This document shows, piece by piece, positions 60,701-64,000 of a stretch of DNA of 64,000 nucleotides. This stretch comes from an uncultured virus (IMG/VR IMGVR_UViG_2850639881_000002) (Duplodnaviria > Heunggongvirae > Uroviricota > Caudoviricetes). The notes under the pieces are model-generated. The model saw only the letters and a list, made by a program, of their open reading frames with translations, made no database searches and was not told where the DNA came from. The stretch's first letter is position 1, and each line of letters begins with the position of its first letter. Made by a program: the position numbers and the translations under genes. The stretch lies in IMG/VR virus record IMGVR_UViG_2850639881_000002, one strand, 5' to 3'.

Positions 60701-63057
60701 TCAAGGGCTCGAAGCGCGATGTCATCAATCCGCTCGAGAGCTTGGCGGCCGACGCCTATGAGACCGCCATGGCGATCGCGCGCAATGACGTTGTCAAAGC
60801 GCTGCACCGCCTGGCAGTCAATGCCGGAGAAGGCGCCGGCAGGATCGCCGAGATCATTCCGGCGAAAGAGCTGCGCGCCTCGATGATCGACCCGCTCGAA
60901 GCGATCGAGAACGCGGCCAAGGCCGCCGGCCTCTCCAAGCCCGATATCGTCGTATTGCGCGACGCGGTCGAAAGTGCTGTCGGTTCGGAAAAGGCCGCCG
61001 TCTTCCGTCCGGCGATCATCAACGAAAAGGGCGAGCCGATCGCCTTTTTCCGCGACGGCGGTCAGCTGAAGGCGCTGCGCCTGGCGGACGGTCAATTCGG
61101 TCTCGACATGTATCGGACCCTCGTTGCGATGAGCCAGCACGAGAAAAACTTCTGGCTCGAACTCGTCGCAATCCCCGCGCGGGTCCTGCGTGCCGGCATT
61201 ACGACGTCGCTTGAATTCATTGGTGCGAACTTCGTCCGCGACCAGGCAATGGCCTCCGTCTACTACGGTAAGCCGCTGCAGCGGATCGCCAGCACTTTCC
61301 GCGGCGGCTTCGACGAGGTGACCGGAAAGGAAATCGCGCGCTCCTATTCGCGCGTCTACGGGATCTCCGGCGGCAGCGAGACGGCCTCGCTGTCGAAGGC
61401 GATGGCGAAGCGGGACATTTCCGCGCTCAAACGCAAGGGCTGGATCGCGCAACGCTTCACCTCCTTCCGCGGCGTGCTCGAGGCAGTCGAGATCTCCGAG
61501 ACCGCGACCCGCCTCGGCCTGTTCCGGACGTTCCAGCAGGAAGCCAAGGCGCGCGGTCTCAGCGAGCATGAGGCGCTGTTCGAGGCGGCCTACCGCGCGC
61601 GCGACTATCTCGATTTCGATCGACGCGGATCCGGCATGGCGGCGCTGGCGCGCGTCATCCCCTTCCTCAATGTCGCGCTGCAGGGCCTCGACAAGGCTGG
61701 CCGGCACATGATTATGCCCGTCGCGCGCAAGGTGCTCGGCCAAGCCACCTCCACCGAAGACGCCAGGGCGGCCGCGCTCGCGGCCAAGACGTGGGCGCGC
61801 CTGGCTGTGCTCGTGACCGGCTCCGTTTCCCTTTACGCTCTGATGAGCCGGCACGAGGACCATGACGAGATCTCGGAAACGACCAGGTCGACGCATTGGA
61901 TGGTGAAGACTGGCGATCGGTGGACGGCCATTCCTAAGCCGTTCGAATTCGCCGTCGCCATCAATCTCGGCGAAGCAATGTTCGACACCATGGTGCGCAA
62001 GGATCCGTCGGCGGCCGGGCGCTGGTGGGACAGCCTGTCGACGACGCTCACGCCGCCGTCTCTCCTTGAGGGCAACCCAGCGATCAAGAGCTATTTCGAG
62101 CTCAAGTCGAACAAGAACTTTTTCACCGACGCGCCGATCGTGCCGGAGCATCTGCGCGGGATGGAGCCGTTCCTGCAGTACACCGAACGGACTTCCGCCT
62201 TCTCCAAGCAGCTCGGCGATATCTTCAACGTCTCGCCAGCCGTCAGCGATCACCTGATCACTTCCTTCGGCGGCAGCTGGGGCCGCAATCTTCTGTCGCT
62301 CTACGACCTGGCGCAGCCCGACGCGCCGGCGGCCGGCTGGGACGATGTGCCCTTTGCCCGCCGCTTCATCAAGGATGCCGCGAAAGGCGCGCAGTCGACG
62401 ACGATGTTTTGGGAGCTCGCCGGCGCCCAGGAAGGAAAGCTCGAGGGCAAGGCCTTGAGCTGGCGCGAGCTCGCCGAGGCTGGCGACGCCGCAGGTGCTG
62501 CCGACTTCTTCGCGGGTCTCCACCAGGTCGAGAAGGCCTATGTCGCAGTTTCCACTCACGAGGCGAAGGTGAAGCGTCTTCATCCGATCATCCGCGCCCG
62601 CGGCGCCATCCAGGCGATCGGCGCCATGCGCCGCGAGCTCGCGGCCAATGACGTCCGCGACGCAGACGGTGAAGCGGTCTCGGTGAGCTCGGCCGAGCGC
62701 GGCGCCGCCGACGATATCCTTTCTGACCTTTCTATGGTTGTCGCTCGCAACGCGCTGCGAGAGGCCGGTGTTTCCGGATGGGCCCAGCGATCGGAGATCG
62801 ACGAGACAGGGTACTACCGCGAGCTCGAGGCACTGAACCCCGCCCTTATCGATCGACTTGGCAGCGGCTATGCCGGCAAGAAGGTATGGAACTGGGAAGC
62901 GGTCAAATCCGCCTGGCCGGATCTGCGCGATCGTCTCCTCGAGGAGGGAAGCAACGCGACCGTCGACGACCTGGTCGCAGACGTCGAGAGCCAGGGGTTC
63001 GCGGTCGACGGCGTGAAGGCAAAGCGGCGGGAAAAGCCGGAGCTCATCCCCGGTTGA
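57751..63057 (+). CDS. large polyvalent/ejection protein (zincin HExxH plus LPD38-like C-terminus)
   Basis: THEYGHHLD..EGFAEF; DFDRRG..IPFLN..QG; IPKPFE. Confidence 0.75.
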   Translation: MADEEIGGINPFTAFQQQQDATVENLDPGLLDRFWTNFEAGQRHNTVLGATYDASTPSRQEERKRFDRSYETYPEWDGLLEGGAALSGQIAGTAASPENFIPIGVGEKIVVGAKSAVTGIWARIFSGAVDAAAANAVSDAAIQGIEIQSDFREQFDPVQYGAGILLGAGIGGAAGGAGKVIGDRTGRAATIDEAAPSQAAEAPADNPFLPLQQAQPASGSPEPIARPAAAEPAPAPVSRPAAIEPAQSAAPADTIGETLSAKASEARGLAVPADQVDRVAKSAVDVGKAPRRPQSLTDFLAAEGGLRDDGGELAAMGVSRKFVPGRGALVRAGGQELDKAREAAAQAGYFNHLYGSADEATAKSTVRDLLDLVDQENRGKPAFSMAEADRVAAVQDYENALTARDDYRSFVDRIATTLNEMDAGVTLDDAVLARATDIMINEKLDPLDAFDRAILEEEARLEAAIAERGGSDGSSKSDAIPFFDDEPAGGSAQAGGRLGGAQQGGGSGRRRAHAADGEQSPAAGGSARAEDGVVSGERALIETARQEKQAGDFLMAQPLTGLRAQRTRSGAIAKGAVERIARVSETAEALAKALDVAATRQGRISGGKRVRGTFDTRDSVVRVRSLDDFDVLTHEYGHHLDAKIPAVKAFISKHSAELSKLDYDPVAGRDYEGFAEFFRLYLTNRAYVDANYAPIAAEFRQVLDQVPEMRDAIDAATQAWDAFLSAPSSVAVRSTIVSAKKEGWVASAAKELKKSGLGGTIADVLQRIYTFAFDDLNPINRAVSYLQDLHLENKGKPLDLKVTADPYKLARMSRGAYAAGHMDVMYGVAPYRGIHPASPSLRDAIIEATGKPNAMSGWDEEKVAEFGSYLWSRRAIGEWERYRKGEIPNPPDKLTEADHVQNVADLEAANPAFVSAAAKVHEFSRALWRKKLEAGLIDQTTHDEGLLMRDYVPGLRDFSSDTDTKVPAGRSKGKTAKGGFARRFKGSKRDVINPLESLAADAYETAMAIARNDVVKALHRLAVNAGEGAGRIAEIIPAKELRASMIDPLEAIENAAKAAGLSKPDIVVLRDAVESAVGSEKAAVFRPAIINEKGEPIAFFRDGGQLKALRLADGQFGLDMYRTLVAMSQHEKNFWLELVAIPARVLRAGITTSLEFIGANFVRDQAMASVYYGKPLQRIASTFRGGFDEVTGKEIARSYSRVYGISGGSETASLSKAMAKRDISALKRKGWIAQRFTSFRGVLEAVEISETATRLGLFRTFQQEAKARGLSEHEALFEAAYRARDYLDFDRRGSGMAALARVIPFLNVALQGLDKAGRHMIMPVARKVLGQATSTEDARAAALAAKTWARLAVLVTGSVSLYALMSRHEDHDEISETTRSTHWMVKTGDRWTAIPKPFEFAVAINLGEAMFDTMVRKDPSAAGRWWDSLSTTLTPPSLLEGNPAIKSYFELKSNKNFFTDAPIVPEHLRGMEPFLQYTERTSAFSKQLGDIFNVSPAVSDHLITSFGGSWGRNLLSLYDLAQPDAPAAGWDDVPFARRFIKDAAKGAQSTTMFWELAGAQEGKLEGKALSWRELAEAGDAAGAADFFAGLHQVEKAYVAVSTHEAKVKRLHPIIRARGAIQAIGAMRRELAANDVRDADGEAVSVSSAERGAADDILSDLSMVVARNALREAGVSGWAQRSEIDETGYYRELEALNPALIDRLGSGYAGKKVWNWEAVKSAWPDLRDRLLEEGSNATVDDLVADVESQGFAVDGVKAKRREKPELIPG

Positions 63058-63104
63058 CCTTACTCCCCTCATGAAAAACTGCCCTCGTCACAAGAGGGAC
63101 TTTC

Positions 63105-64000
63105 ATGAGCGTCGTTCTACCCATCAACGAAGATGACCGTTTCCGCATTCTCACTGCATCAGCCGGGCAGACCCTTCTGGCGATCACGTTCCCCTGGCAG
63201 GATGACAATGACATTGTGCTGTTCAAGAAGGTCATCGGTGAGTGGGTGGAGCTCTCTCGCCCTGAAGACTACACCCTTTCTGGGGCTGGAGCGTCGGGTG
63301 GCGGAAGCGCAACGCTGACGACGCCGGCGATCGCCGGCGAGGAGTATCTGGCCCTCGGGTCCGCGGTGCTCGATCGCCTCTCGTCGATTGTCCGCGACGG
63401 CCGCTTCAATTCGAAGACCGTCGACGACGAGCTCGATCGCAACCGCATCATCCAGCAAGAGCAGGCCCGCGATCTCAAGCGGGCCTATCTCGCTCCTGTC
63501 GGTTCCACTGGTGGCGAGGTCCTGGCTTCCGAGCCTGGGCAGTTCCTGATCCGTGATCAGGACGGCAACATCGTTGGCAGCGATCCGCCCGATGGCGCCG
63601 GAAACATGAATACCGGCATCTATGATCCGCAAAGCGTGGGTGGCGATGTCTTCGATCAGATGAACTGGGGGCACTTCCCGAACATTGCCACCTTTATGGC
63701 GTTCGCACCGGCCGGCTTTGTCTCGTTTGCAACCGTCTACGGCTACTATCTTCCTGGCGACTGCCCCCTGATGACATTCCGTCGCGTCGCCTCGCAGCCG
63801 AACCACAACGGCAAGATACAGACTGCCAACGGCGCTTGGTGGGAACTGAAGGTTTCCAAGGCCGATATCCGCATGTTCGGCGCGAAGGGTGACTATGTCA
63901 CTGACGATCTAGCCGCAAGCGTGTCTTGGCTCGCCTTCTATGAAATGACGGGCACGCCACTCACCATGTCGCGCGGTATCTACAAGTGCACGAACAATCT
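63105..64000 (+). CDS. tail fibre/tailspike, partial (open at the window end)
   Basis: Read by hand: MSVVLPINEDDRFR..DYTLSG..DDELDR anchor, then GYYLPGD, ANGAWWEL and DIRMFGAKGD..DD (start of a beta-helix). Confidence 0.8.
   Translation, partial: MSVVLPINEDDRFRILTASAGQTLLAITFPWQDDNDIVLFKKVIGEWVELSRPEDYTLSGAGASGGGSATLTTPAIAGEEYLALGSAVLDRLSSIVRDGRFNSKTVDDELDRNRIIQQEQARDLKRAYLAPVGSTGGEVLASEPGQFLIRDQDGNIVGSDPPDGAGNMNTGIYDPQSVGGDVFDQMNWGHFPNIATFMAFAPAGFVSFATVYGYYLPGDCPLMTFRRVASQPNHNGKIQTANGAWWELKVSKADIRMFGAKGDYVTDDLAASVSWLAFYEMTGTPLTMSRGIYKCTNN

Larger units (their letters stand above)
32674..64000. mobile_element. temperate podophage prophage integrated at tRNA-Lys; right end outside the window
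   Basis: Integrase close to the tRNA 3' end, then ordered lysogeny, replication, packaging, head and tail modules with no visible frameshifts. Confidence 0.88.

Noticed and set aside
60628..63072. 814-aa minus-strand ORF and similar long antisense ORFs (15680..17188, 17098..18645, 41531..43168)
   Set aside because: Expected shadows of high-GC coding strands
47572..64000. Diversity-generating retroelement, given the BPP-1-like head genes
   Set aside because: No reverse transcriptase or TR/VR pair in the window; one could lie beyond 64 kb

Overview
GC-rich alphaproteobacterial chromosome segment, most likely Sinorhizobium/Ensifer (lpsS next to a tRNA-Lys, rhizobial palindromic repeats). It has three parts. 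(1) ~0.8-27.8 kb: an old, host-assimilated podovirus-like element, mostly on the minus strand. It encodes lysis genes, a frameshifted tail fibre, adaptors, a capsid, scaffold, portal and P22-gp2-like terminase. At its head, a DnaA-C-like HTH gene and a putative antiterminator lie divergent from an XRE/S24 repressor. No integrase or replication genes are visible, and host-type cargo genes and repeats interrupt it. It is a candidate gene-transfer-agent-like system or a decayed prophage. (2) ~27.8-32.7 kb: host genes (pentapeptide-repeat protein, Tim44 domain, glycosyltransferase, lpsS) and tRNA-Lys(CTT). (3) 32.7-64 kb: the left part of an apparently intact temperate podophage inserted at the tRNA. 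It carries an integrase, CI/Cro switch, a Tad2-like anti-defence fusion, primase, helicase, an iteron origin, terminases, BPP-1/T7-like head and tail genes, a transglycosylase ejection protein, a 1768-aa polyvalent protein and a tailspike that runs off the window. Non-coding signals include five GTTGAC promoters with a fixed 15-bp spacer, a 25-bp site shared by attL and the terS end, and a structured capsid leader RNA. All family assignments come from motif recognition, not database searches.
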